Source: a virus
Lineage: Duplodnaviria; Caudoviricetes
Direction: 5' to 3' (one strand)
IMG/VR virus record: IMGVR_UViG_2513237329_000015
Span: 33,052 to 97,051 of that record
DNA: 64,000 nucleotides
The notes beneath the pieces are model-generated. The model saw only the letters and a program-made list of their open reading frames with translations, did no database searches and had not been told where the DNA came from. Position numbers and translations under genes: made by a program. Numbering within the stretch: position 1 is the stretch's first letter; every line of letters starts with the position of its first letter. This document shows positions 10,724-19,379 of this stretch, in pieces.

Positions 10724-11527
10724 ATGAACCTAAAGCGAATTATTGAAACGGAATTGGAGCCTACCCTATTCTCGTTGGGTTACAAAAGAGGAAATTGGGG
10801 GCAGGGGTGGTATCAGTATAAAAATGACGAAGCAGGGATTAGCATTGAATATCACGTAGCGCGTGTGGGGCAACAATTTACAAGAGGCATCGAGGTCGAT
10901 TTTCATGTCTACAGTCTGGCGGGGAAGTGGTTCAGCTTGTCGGACTTTCCGGGAGAGTCTCCCATATATTATGATACACAAGCAGAGCTGGATCGCAAGT
11001 TGAGGCATGCATTTGATGCTACGGTAAATATCGTTTTGCCCTACATACAGGACATGAAAAAGTATGCTGTTCCGGATCCCTGTTCGGAAGATTACCAAGC
11101 TCTTGCAAACTGTCCGATGCAGCGGGCAGAGCGTTTTTCTTCCCAATACCATATTCCGATGATACCTGAACGAACGACGCTCATACAACTTAATTCTATA
11201 CTGAAGTCAATCCGTCCAACGAATTTATCCGAGTTACGAGACTCATTTCGAGCGAATTATGAAACGCTGATCAATATGGCGGCTTTTTACGGCACGCTAT
11301 TTGTCAAAAAAGCTCCACGCTTTTGTTGGGGGTGGGCTCCGCTGATACCGCCAGATGATCCGATTTATCCGCTTATAGCACCAGAGACAGAGCGATTTGT
11401 GATTCTTGAAGTAGGTAACCCTGATTTTGGGCCAAGTGAAAGGATTGATGCCCTGTCATTTTCTGTACAGGTGTGGAACTATGTGGAAACAAAGAGGAAC
11501 CAATTTACCTCCGTTGCACTTATGTGA
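10724..11527 (+). CDS. Probable cognate immunity protein
   Basis: Directly follows the Rhs tip, low GC like the tip, no signal peptide. Confidence 0.65.
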   Translation: MNLKRIIETELEPTLFSLGYKRGNWGQGWYQYKNDEAGISIEYHVARVGQQFTRGIEVDFHVYSLAGKWFSLSDFPGESPIYYDTQAELDRKLRHAFDATVNIVLPYIQDMKKYAVPDPCSEDYQALANCPMQRAERFSSQYHIPMIPERTTLIQLNSILKSIRPTNLSELRDSFRANYETLINMAAFYGTLFVKKAPRFCWGWAPLIPPDDPIYPLIAPETERFVILEVGNPDFGPSERIDALSFSVQVWNYVETKRNQFTSVALM

Positions 11528-11766
11528 AGAAGAGCACGGCCTTACTCCGGAGCAATATAAAGCTGCCACAGAGTACGCAACTGCCAGCGAACGCGGTAAT
11601 TACTATATCCAGGCGTTCATAGATATTTTGAAGAAGAACCCCAAGATCTGAGCGTTTTGGAATGGTATCTTTAGAAAACACATAGCATCGGCATGTCGCT
11701 GGGAGATTTCCTCTCAGCGACATGCCCTCAGTTTTGGTTTTGTATCCATATTTCGGGGAGGTCATT

Positions 11767-13587
11767 ATGAGAAAAGGTAATTTGCTGCTGTGCGGAATAG
11801 TCGCTGTGGCAATGCTAGCGCCGTCATGCCAGGCCATCGCTCCTGATGTGGAATACAAGCGGCTTCCTGATTGGAATTGCCTAGAAGGACTGGAGTCTTA
11901 TACCGAAGAAAACGGCGCTATAGTTCCAGTTCTACATGTGGGCGGTAATTGGAAATGTAATTTTGCAAACCAATGGGGGGAATTACTTGTAGAAGGGGTT
12001 TTTGACGATTTCGGCGAATTCTCGGAGGGTCTGGCTTTGGTGCGTGTGGGTGATACATTCGGGTATATTGACACGCTTGGGACAATGGTGATCCAACTGC
12101 CTGAAGATGCCTCATATTGTGGAGACTTCCATAACGGGCGCGCTTTTATCAAAGGAAGAGATGGGGATAGGTACTATATCGACAGGACGGGAGAAATCAT
12201 CTATCGCAGTCCAGAGGATGTTTTTTTAGCGGCGGAATTTGATGAACATGGGATCGCACCGGCCAAAGATCTCCAGAGCGGCTTATACGGATATTATAAC
12301 CAAGACGGCTATTGGGAGATCCCTCCGCAGTATGAGACGACCTATTCTTTTGAGGGGGATTATGCGTTTTTCCGCGAGGACGGAAAAGGCGGAATAATGG
12401 ATCGCAGTGGGGCTATCATTCTTCCACCTAAGTATTCGATCGTTTATACGCTTTCGGAAGGGGATCCCGCACTATTTGGTATCTGTGAGACTCGGGATGA
12501 AAAACAGCTCTATGGCTTAGCAGATTCGAACGGCACGATTCTGATAGAACCTCAAGACAAATGGACGTATAGCGTTCCGATGTATTCGTGCGGGTATTGT
12601 GTGGTTAACTATCGATATCGCCAATATGATCCAGAGTCGGGTGATTATACGGACAGTTCTCCCAACAGTCTTATTGATGAGAAGGGCAATGAGATTCCCC
12701 TGCCGTATGAGGTTACAGATAGCCAATTCTACGATGGTTTTCTTCTGGTCAGGGATCCGGAAAGGACGGCATATCTCAATACAGACTTGGAGGAAGTTCT
12801 TTCGCTGGATATATCATTTGAGGAATATTCCGCAAGTCCTCTCATCGACGGTATTGTTGCTGTAACCAAAGATATCGGCAGTCACACCTATGTGATTGAC
12901 CAGGATGGAGAACTTATTTGTGAAATGACGGACAGCCGCCTCCATGATGATTTTGGGGTATTTTCAGAAGGGACTTGCTGGGCTCGAACGGTCAGTGAAA
13001 CAGAGGGAGGCTCTTTTTTATACTTCGATCCCCGCCTGAAAGACTATACCAGTCCCTGGGCGGCGGCGGAGATGGATCGTGCTCAGGCGGCGGGGCTGGT
13101 GACGGAGAGCAACGACAGCTATTTCACGTTCCGCATCACGCGGCGGCGGTTCGCGGAGCTGATGGCCAATCTGGTGGAAAAGACGACCGGCCGGAGCATC
13201 ACCCCGGCGCCGGAGGGCACCTTCTCGGACACCGACGATCTATGGGTGCGCAAGGCCGCCGCGCTGGGGCTGGTCAACGGCCTGGACGACGGCCGCTTCA
13301 GTCCCAACGGCTACATCAACCGCGAGCAGCTGGCCGTCATGCTGCATCGGACGATTGAGTACCTGGAGGACGAGACCGGCCGGAGCGTGCTCGCAGACGC
13401 CGGCGGCCTGGAAAGCTTCACCGATGCCGGACAGGTCTCCGGCTGGGCGGCGGACTCCCTGGCGGCCCTCACCGCCTCCGGTATCCTCCAGGGTACTTCC
13501 AGCGCCACCCTCTCCCCCAAGGACACCACTACCGTGGAGCAGGCCATTCTCCTCACTCTCCGAGCCTATCAGGAGTTTTCTAAATAG
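11767..13587 (+). CDS. Secreted WG-repeat protein with C-terminal SLH domains
   Basis: Signal peptide; FSEGLALV...FGYID repeats; SLH motifs FSPNGYINREQLA, LSPKDTTTVEQA. Confidence 0.88.
   Translation: MRKGNLLLCGIVAVAMLAPSCQAIAPDVEYKRLPDWNCLEGLESYTEENGAIVPVLHVGGNWKCNFANQWGELLVEGVFDDFGEFSEGLALVRVGDTFGYIDTLGTMVIQLPEDASYCGDFHNGRAFIKGRDGDRYYIDRTGEIIYRSPEDVFLAAEFDEHGIAPAKDLQSGLYGYYNQDGYWEIPPQYETTYSFEGDYAFFREDGKGGIMDRSGAIILPPKYSIVYTLSEGDPALFGICETRDEKQLYGLADSNGTILIEPQDKWTYSVPMYSCGYCVVNYRYRQYDPESGDYTDSSPNSLIDEKGNEIPLPYEVTDSQFYDGFLLVRDPERTAYLNTDLEEVLSLDISFEEYSASPLIDGIVAVTKDIGSHTYVIDQDGELICEMTDSRLHDDFGVFSEGTCWARTVSETEGGSFLYFDPRLKDYTSPWAAAEMDRAQAAGLVTESNDSYFTFRITRRRFAELMANLVEKTTGRSITPAPEGTFSDTDDLWVRKAAALGLVNGLDDGRFSPNGYINREQLAVMLHRTIEYLEDETGRSVLADAGGLESFTDAGQVSGWAADSLAALTASGILQGTSSATLSPKDTTTVEQAILLTLRAYQEFSK
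13375..13587 (+). repeat. 213-bp near-identical direct repeat (second copy 15242-15454) encoding the last SLH domain
   Basis: Both proteins end TGRSVL..AGGL.SFTDAGQVSGWAADSLAALTASGILQGTSSATLSPKDTTTVEQAILLTLRAYQEFSK. Confidence 0.92.
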
Positions 13588-13660
13588 GTTGGACGGGGCA
13601 GGGCGCGAAATATATCTGCGCTCTGCCCCAATAGAAATGCAGGAAAGATGGGGATTTACT

Positions 13661-15454
13661 ATGAAACGACGGTTAATAGGATTTCTTCTGTCATGTGCCA
13701 TGCTTCTTCCTCAAAGCATGGTATGGGCAAGCGCATCCGGGCCTGCACTTGATATTTCCTGGATTGAGTTGCCATCTTCTGCCGCTTGGGATGTTATAGC
13801 TGACGATATTACCGCTGGCCCTGTCTGTTTTGCGCACGATGACCCTTTTGAGATGAGTCAATACTATGACTTGTCGGGTAAGCCTGTCGAAACCGGCTTT
13901 GCCTACAGACCGGGCGACTACTATTTTTCCTGTGGATTGGGAGTGATCGAGCGGGACGGGAAATACGGTTATATCGATGCCGAGGGGAATTTAGTGATCG
14001 ACTGCATCTATGATGCTGGCTACACATTTGAGGATGGCTTGGCTCTGGTGGAGAAGGACGGGGAAGAGTTGCTGATCGATGTGTCCGGAAAAACCTTCAT
14101 GAACCTAAGCGAACGCCAGCTAAATGCCTATTCGGGCTTTTCGGAAGGGTTCTGCGCAGTGAGCTCTGAGGCAGAGGGAGAAAACTGGGGATTAACCGGC
14201 TACATAGACAAAAATGGAGAGCTTGCAGTCCCGATGCGTTACATGTCTGCTTTCGATTTCCACGATGGAATTGTTGTTGTGCGGGAATATTATGACGGGA
14301 AGGGCAGCACTGGAGCAGTGGACAAAGAGGGGAATGTCATTATCCCCTGTGAATATGACGATGTAGAAAACTATACCGCTAATAAGAACTACCTCATTGC
14401 AACAGATGAGACACGGAGCGATATTTATCGCAGAGACGGAACGCTTTTACATTCGTTTCCGAAATCCCAATATGATAGGGTCAGAATAGGAGAAATAAAC
14501 GACCTGATTTTTGTTGAAAAGAACTACAGGTGTGGCTGCTTAGATATGGACGGCCAAGAAATAGTTCCTATGATGTATTATGTCCTTCAAGAATCGGGAA
14601 TTGATGGGGGCTTAATAGCGCAGAAGGTTCCGTATCAAACTCCTGCTGGCACAAATATGTGGGGAACCATTGCCCTTGATGACGAGATGGCGTTCGTCCC
14701 ATTTCCTGATGAAGCTGCATATGTCGGATTTCCTTTTTCTGAAGGCAGTATTGTAGTAAAACAACAGTCAACCGGAAAATATGGCTATATGGATCAGACA
14801 GGTGCCTGGGTCGTTCCTCCCCAATTTGATCAGGCAAAGTCCTTTGAGAATGGGTACGAGCTGGTTTGCCAGGATGGCAGAATTGGCATTCTGAAAAATC
14901 CTCTTGATCTTCCCAGTCCATGGGCCGCCGGTGCTGTAAGCACAGCCCGGGAACTGGGCCTGTTGCCTCGACAAGTCGATAGTTGCTATACCACAGCGAT
15001 AACACGTCAGCACTTTTCTGAACTTATGGTTTGTCTGGTGGAAACTGCTGACGGCAAGAAAATAGATGCAAGGTCAGTCCTTCCATTTACAGATACTGCG
15101 GATATTGCAGCAAGAAAAGCCTATGCAGCAGGTATCGTAACCGGAACTGGAGATGGAACGACCTTTTCACCAGATGCCTCTATCACCAGAGAACAGATGG
15201 CGGCGATGCTGTACCGGGCCATTCAATACATCCAGAAGCAAACCGGCCGGAGCGTGCTCACAGAGGCCGGCGGCCTGGACAGCTTCACCGACGCCGGACA
15301 GGTCTCCGGCTGGGCGGCGGATTCCCTGGCGGCCCTCACCGCCTCCGGCATCCTCCAAGGTACTTCCAGCGCCACCCTCTCCCCCAAGGACACCACCACT
15401 GTGGAGCAGGCGATTCTCCTCACCCTACGGGCCTATCAGGAGTTTTCTAAATAG
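13661..15454 (+). CDS. Second secreted WG-repeat protein with SLH domains
   Basis: MKRRLIGFLLSC signal peptide; KYGYID, FSEG repeats; FSPDASITREQMA. Confidence 0.88.
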   Translation: MKRRLIGFLLSCAMLLPQSMVWASASGPALDISWIELPSSAAWDVIADDITAGPVCFAHDDPFEMSQYYDLSGKPVETGFAYRPGDYYFSCGLGVIERDGKYGYIDAEGNLVIDCIYDAGYTFEDGLALVEKDGEELLIDVSGKTFMNLSERQLNAYSGFSEGFCAVSSEAEGENWGLTGYIDKNGELAVPMRYMSAFDFHDGIVVVREYYDGKGSTGAVDKEGNVIIPCEYDDVENYTANKNYLIATDETRSDIYRRDGTLLHSFPKSQYDRVRIGEINDLIFVEKNYRCGCLDMDGQEIVPMMYYVLQESGIDGGLIAQKVPYQTPAGTNMWGTIALDDEMAFVPFPDEAAYVGFPFSEGSIVVKQQSTGKYGYMDQTGAWVVPPQFDQAKSFENGYELVCQDGRIGILKNPLDLPSPWAAGAVSTARELGLLPRQVDSCYTTAITRQHFSELMVCLVETADGKKIDARSVLPFTDTADIAARKAYAAGIVTGTGDGTTFSPDASITREQMAAMLYRAIQYIQKQTGRSVLTEAGGLDSFTDAGQVSGWAADSLAALTASGILQGTSSATLSPKDTTTVEQAILLTLRAYQEFSK

Positions 15455-15501
15455 ATTGGTACCTGGAAGGAGTAATTATTCTATAGAAAGAAGGGGAAAT
15501 T

Positions 15502-15855
15502 ATGTTACCCCTTAAAGCGAGAGAGAAGTCCTTTAGCAATGTACGTTCTTTTGCTGGGGCATCTGGCGGCTCACCTGACAATTTTTATAGAAGGGTGAAC
15601 GTAACGGTCCACCACGGTCAAGAAGAATATTTGTATCGAGGAATCTATATGAGCATCGGCTATCAGTATAACTATATGGATTATAAAGTAGAGTTAATTT
15701 GGGAGGATGATACCAGTCAACCGAATTATGAGGACATCGGGTTACACGGAGAATATTCAACAAACTGGCAGGAGTTCTCATTCTCTGGAGGTAGATTGTC
15801 TTTTACAGACGGCGATAATCAGGTAAGCGTGTTTGTTGGAGATACAGCGAGCTGA
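15502..15855 (+). CDS. Hypothetical protein (start could be 15649); possible orphan immunity gene
   Basis: Low-GC ORF with GAAGGGG RBS. Confidence 0.5.
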   Translation: MLPLKAREKSFSNVRSFAGASGGSPDNFYRRVNVTVHHGQEEYLYRGIYMSIGYQYNYMDYKVELIWEDDTSQPNYEDIGLHGEYSTNWQEFSFSGGRLSFTDGDNQVSVFVGDTAS

Positions 15856-15938
15856 TGGTGATGCCGGCGGCTGCCTGACCTGGCGCAATTTGGGGCATCT
15901 CCTACGAGCGGAGAAAAGCGATAAATGGATCGCAGGAG

Positions 15939-15976
15939 GAAGAAACTGGCGAGGCTTTTGCCTAGCCAGTTTCTTC
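15939..15976. terminator. Hairpin ending the Rhs locus
   Basis: GAAGAAACTGGC-GAGGC-TTTT-GCCTA-GCCAGTTTCTTC. Confidence 0.6.
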
Positions 15977-16050
15977 GCGATGAAATGAGCATCTCTCCCT
16001 TCTAGACCTATATGACAGATACGGGGGGGAGAGCTTTTATTAAATTGCAG

Positions 16051-16281
16051 TTGGAAAAACTCCGCCTATACAGGAGAGGAAAGAGCTGATAGAATAAAGG
16101 CGTATTCTAGGTCAGAGCAAGATTAAGGGCGGAGTAAGTTAGGGCGGAACGGCGTGGAAGGAGGGTGAAGTCTGCCCTCTGCCGGACAGCTACGACCTGG
16201 AAAATTGAATCTGGACATGAATGACTGTAATTGCCTTTTGGGGTGGTTGCGGTCTTTTTTTGTCCCCAAATAGGAAAGGAG
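16051..16281 (+). promoter_or_regulatory. Duplicated promoter + structured leader + intrinsic terminator, copy 1
   Basis: TATACA(16067)-N17-TAGAAT(16090) with extended TG; terminator stem 16223-16254 + T7; RBS GAAAGGAG; near-identical to 38496-38725. Confidence 0.85.
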
Positions 16282-16286
16282 AATGA

Positions 16287-19200
16287 ATGGCGCAAAGCAG
16301 ACTGATTGAACTAAGCTATTTTGACCCGCACACATCCATCCGCCTGACCACCTATGCGGATACCATCGTGACCGACTACAGTTCCCCAAACCGTATCATC
16401 AGCGCAGTCCGGTTCGGTGGATATCCAGAGGTAGTAAAGGCAATGTCGGACGCGATCTACGGCGGAGCAACCATCGACGTATGTTCAAACGGTGAGACCC
16501 TGCATCTGGACACGCTTCCCAAGGGCTACCGAAGGCAGCTCTCCCACGACGGCATGTACGCTGCGGCCACTCTTATGGCCAACGACGACGCGCAATCCCT
16601 GGATCAGCTAAAGGAGGACACCGCAGAAGATGACTCCCTCGAAGAGAGCAAGCCGCGTAAATGCTATATCTTCTGCCCAGCCGGGGATCAGGACAGGCTT
16701 TTTGAAGAAGTGGATCGGAAAACAGCGGCTCCGCTGATTCCAGAATTTCGGGACTATGTCCTGCAGGAGCTCATCCGCCGGGGAGAGCTGAGAAGGATGG
16801 AGGTATTCTCCGTCAAGGAGAAGATGGATGCCTGGGTTCTCTCTCTGCTGCCGGAGGATAAAAATGTGGTACAGGTGCTGGAGGATGGCCTGAAAACCGG
16901 ACAGATTGCTATACCAGGGGCGACGCCCGGAATGCCGGATGGTTTTGCTCAGGTAGAAAATGTTACCGACTATCTTAGCACCTACGGTATCACGGTCGCC
17001 GACCGTATCCGAAAACAGTTTATCCCCCTGTTTGACCCGGCCTCCGAGCCGCTGTCGGACGAAGTGCTGGACATCAACCGCTATATTCAGCAGAAGGCTG
17101 GATATTCCCTTTATGATGCACAGCTTGCTGTGGCCGAAGCGACCAAGCGCCAGCTTCAGCGCTGCGGCACGGCCTTGATTGTGGCAGAATGTGGAAGTGG
17201 AAAAACGAAAATTGGTACAGATGCTTTGGGTGCCCTCTATGGGCTTGGGGCTGCACAGGGCGGCAAGAAGACCTTCAACCTGGTCATGGCCCCGTCACAT
17301 GTCACAAAGAAGTGGGTGCGTGAGATCGGCGAGACTCTGCCCAACACCTTTGCCATGGTGGTAAAAAGCATCACAGACCTCAACCGGCTTTATGATATGT
17401 ACCAGAACTGTCCTCAGAGTGTTTTTGCGGTGTTCAGCAAGGAGCGCGCCCGGGACGGCTATATGCGCTATCCCGCTGTTCAGTGGAATTGCAGAAAAAA
17501 AGCGTTTCTCTGTCCAGACTGCATGGAACCGGTTGAAATGGAGATCAGCGAGGATGGCACCAGGTACACGGTCAACGCCGACCAGTTTTTCTTTCAGAAG
17601 GAGCACAAAAGGAACCACAAATGCCGCCGTTGCGGCGCAGTTCTCTGGGCACCGGTAGTCCCTGGGAGGCAAATCGACTGGATCAAGATCCCAGAGTATG
17701 GCTGGATCTACCGTTACAGGGCAGGCAAGCATCTCATGCGCACCCAAAACGAGGCGGTATTGGATCAGCTTACCCAAATTGCCGCATTCCCGGAGCAGAG
17801 CTATCCGGTGAGGGGAGCAAAGCGCAGGTTTCCGCTGAGCACCTACATCAAAAGGAAAATGCGCGGACAGATCGATGCAATTCTTTGTGATGAACTGCAT
17901 CAGTACAACAATGCAAGCGGTCAAGGTGACGCCATGGCGGAGCTGTTTGGCGTCTGCAGGTATTATATCGGCATGACTGCCACCTTGATTAACGGGTACA
18001 GCAGCGGCATCTTCCACCTGCTTTACCGTCTGCTCCCCGGCCTGATGCTCAAGGACGGGAAGCGATATCGAAAACCGGGCGACTTTGATGCTGAGTACGG
18101 CGTTGTAGAGAACACCTACGAAATCAAAGATGCAGCCTACAACTCCAATCGAAGGGCCATAAAAAGGAAAACTAAGAGCCGCCAGCTTCCAGGCGTATCC
18201 CCGCTGGTATACTCACGCTTCCTGCTGGAGTATACCTCCTTCCTATCACTTTCCGATATGGGGAAGGATTTGCCGGACTACGAGGAGATCCCGGTCCCAC
18301 TGGATATGCCCGAAGCGGTTTACAGCAGCTACGAAAAGATTGAACATGAGCTTCGGATGGTTTTGAAGACAGACCGAAAGGCGGCGCAAAAGATTCTCTC
18401 TGCCTATCTTAACCTTCTGACCGTCTATCCGGATCAGCCTTACGATCAGCCTGCCATAATACACCCCATTGAGGGGACGGTCATTGCAGAACCGCCCAAC
18501 ATGGCATCCTTTGAGGACATTCTGCCCAAAGAGGAAAAGACACTGGAAATTGTCCGGGAAAAGCTCGCAGCAGGAGAACGGGTGCTCATCTATACCAGTT
18601 GGACCCGGACCGACTCACAGAAAAAACTGCTGAAGCAACTCCATCAGGAGGGCATCTGCGCAGAGATCCTGAAACCCAGCGTCCCCACCGAAAAGCGGGA
18701 GGAATGGGTGGAAAAGCGTGTCCGGTTCGGACTACAGGTACTCATTACCAATCCATCCGTAGTAGAAACCGGGCTCGATTTGAATGCCTTTACGACCCTG
18801 ATCTTCTACTCGATAGGCTACAACCTCTTCACGCTCCGGCAGGCGTCGCGCCGCTCATGGCGTATCAATCAGAGCGCGCCGAGGGTCGAGGTCTATCTGC
18901 TCTATTATGCCAATACCATCCAAGCCAAGGCCGTGAAGCTGATGGCCTCCAAGCTGGCGGTGGCCGGCATTATTGAGGGCACCTTCTCGGAGGAGGGCCT
19001 GTCCGCCATGAGCGATGTGCGGGACCTGACCTCCCAGATGGCCAAGGAGCTCTCACTCGGCATCAAGGACAACGTGGAGGATATTGCCGCGGCGTTCAAG
19101 AAAATGGCGGTCATCAACCCGGGGCGAGAGAATAGACAAAAGCAGCCCGTACAGACCGCGGCGGGCTCCGAGGTATTCTCTATGCCTGCTGTGGAGCATC

Positions 19201-19367
19201 CCGCCGCATCCGGCACACCGGGCGGCATCCGCGCAGTGGAATCCCAGCAGCGACGGATGCTCTATGAAGGCCTGCTGCAAAAAAGAATGGAAGAACAACA
19301 AAAACGCAGGAAAAAGCAGCGCACAGTGGACGAAAACCAACTGTCGCTCTTTGGGCCTGCCGCTTGA
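16287..19367 (+). CDS. Superfamily 2 (SNF2/DEAD-like) helicase with Zn ribbon and C-terminal beta-clamp-binding motif
   Basis: Walker A ECGSGKT, DELH, TAT, ETGLDL, QASRRSWRI; CPDC...CRRC; ends ENQLSLFGPAA. Confidence 0.88.
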   Translation: MAQSRLIELSYFDPHTSIRLTTYADTIVTDYSSPNRIISAVRFGGYPEVVKAMSDAIYGGATIDVCSNGETLHLDTLPKGYRRQLSHDGMYAAATLMANDDAQSLDQLKEDTAEDDSLEESKPRKCYIFCPAGDQDRLFEEVDRKTAAPLIPEFRDYVLQELIRRGELRRMEVFSVKEKMDAWVLSLLPEDKNVVQVLEDGLKTGQIAIPGATPGMPDGFAQVENVTDYLSTYGITVADRIRKQFIPLFDPASEPLSDEVLDINRYIQQKAGYSLYDAQLAVAEATKRQLQRCGTALIVAECGSGKTKIGTDALGALYGLGAAQGGKKTFNLVMAPSHVTKKWVREIGETLPNTFAMVVKSITDLNRLYDMYQNCPQSVFAVFSKERARDGYMRYPAVQWNCRKKAFLCPDCMEPVEMEISEDGTRYTVNADQFFFQKEHKRNHKCRRCGAVLWAPVVPGRQIDWIKIPEYGWIYRYRAGKHLMRTQNEAVLDQLTQIAAFPEQSYPVRGAKRRFPLSTYIKRKMRGQIDAILCDELHQYNNASGQGDAMAELFGVCRYYIGMTATLINGYSSGIFHLLYRLLPGLMLKDGKRYRKPGDFDAEYGVVENTYEIKDAAYNSNRRAIKRKTKSRQLPGVSPLVYSRFLLEYTSFLSLSDMGKDLPDYEEIPVPLDMPEAVYSSYEKIEHELRMVLKTDRKAAQKILSAYLNLLTVYPDQPYDQPAIIHPIEGTVIAEPPNMASFEDILPKEEKTLEIVREKLAAGERVLIYTSWTRTDSQKKLLKQLHQEGICAEILKPSVPTEKREEWVEKRVRFGLQVLITNPSVVETGLDLNAFTTLIFYSIGYNLFTLRQASRRSWRINQSAPRVEVYLLYYANTIQAKAVKLMASKLAVAGIIEGTFSEEGLSAMSDVRDLTSQMAKELSLGIKDNVEDIAAAFKKMAVINPGRENRQKQPVQTAAGSEVFSMPAVEHPAASGTPGGIRAVESQQRRMLYEGLLQKRMEEQQKRRKKQRTVDENQLSLFGPAA

Positions 19368-19379
19368 TTATCAGGAGGA

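Noticed and set aside
11427-11651. 74-aa ORF after the immunity gene
   Set aside because: No RBS and overlaps the upstream gene; the 3' part may be a remnant of an old toxin or immunity gene but cannot be supported
13355-13660. Long N-terminal extension of the second WG protein
   Set aside because: Overlaps the previous gene; the signal peptide starts at ATG 13661
16107-16295. Similar small minus-strand ORFs at 16107-16295 and 38568-38753
   Set aside because: They arise from the DNA duplication; their N-termini differ and the starts lie at or beyond the repeat edge. A peptide is not fully excluded
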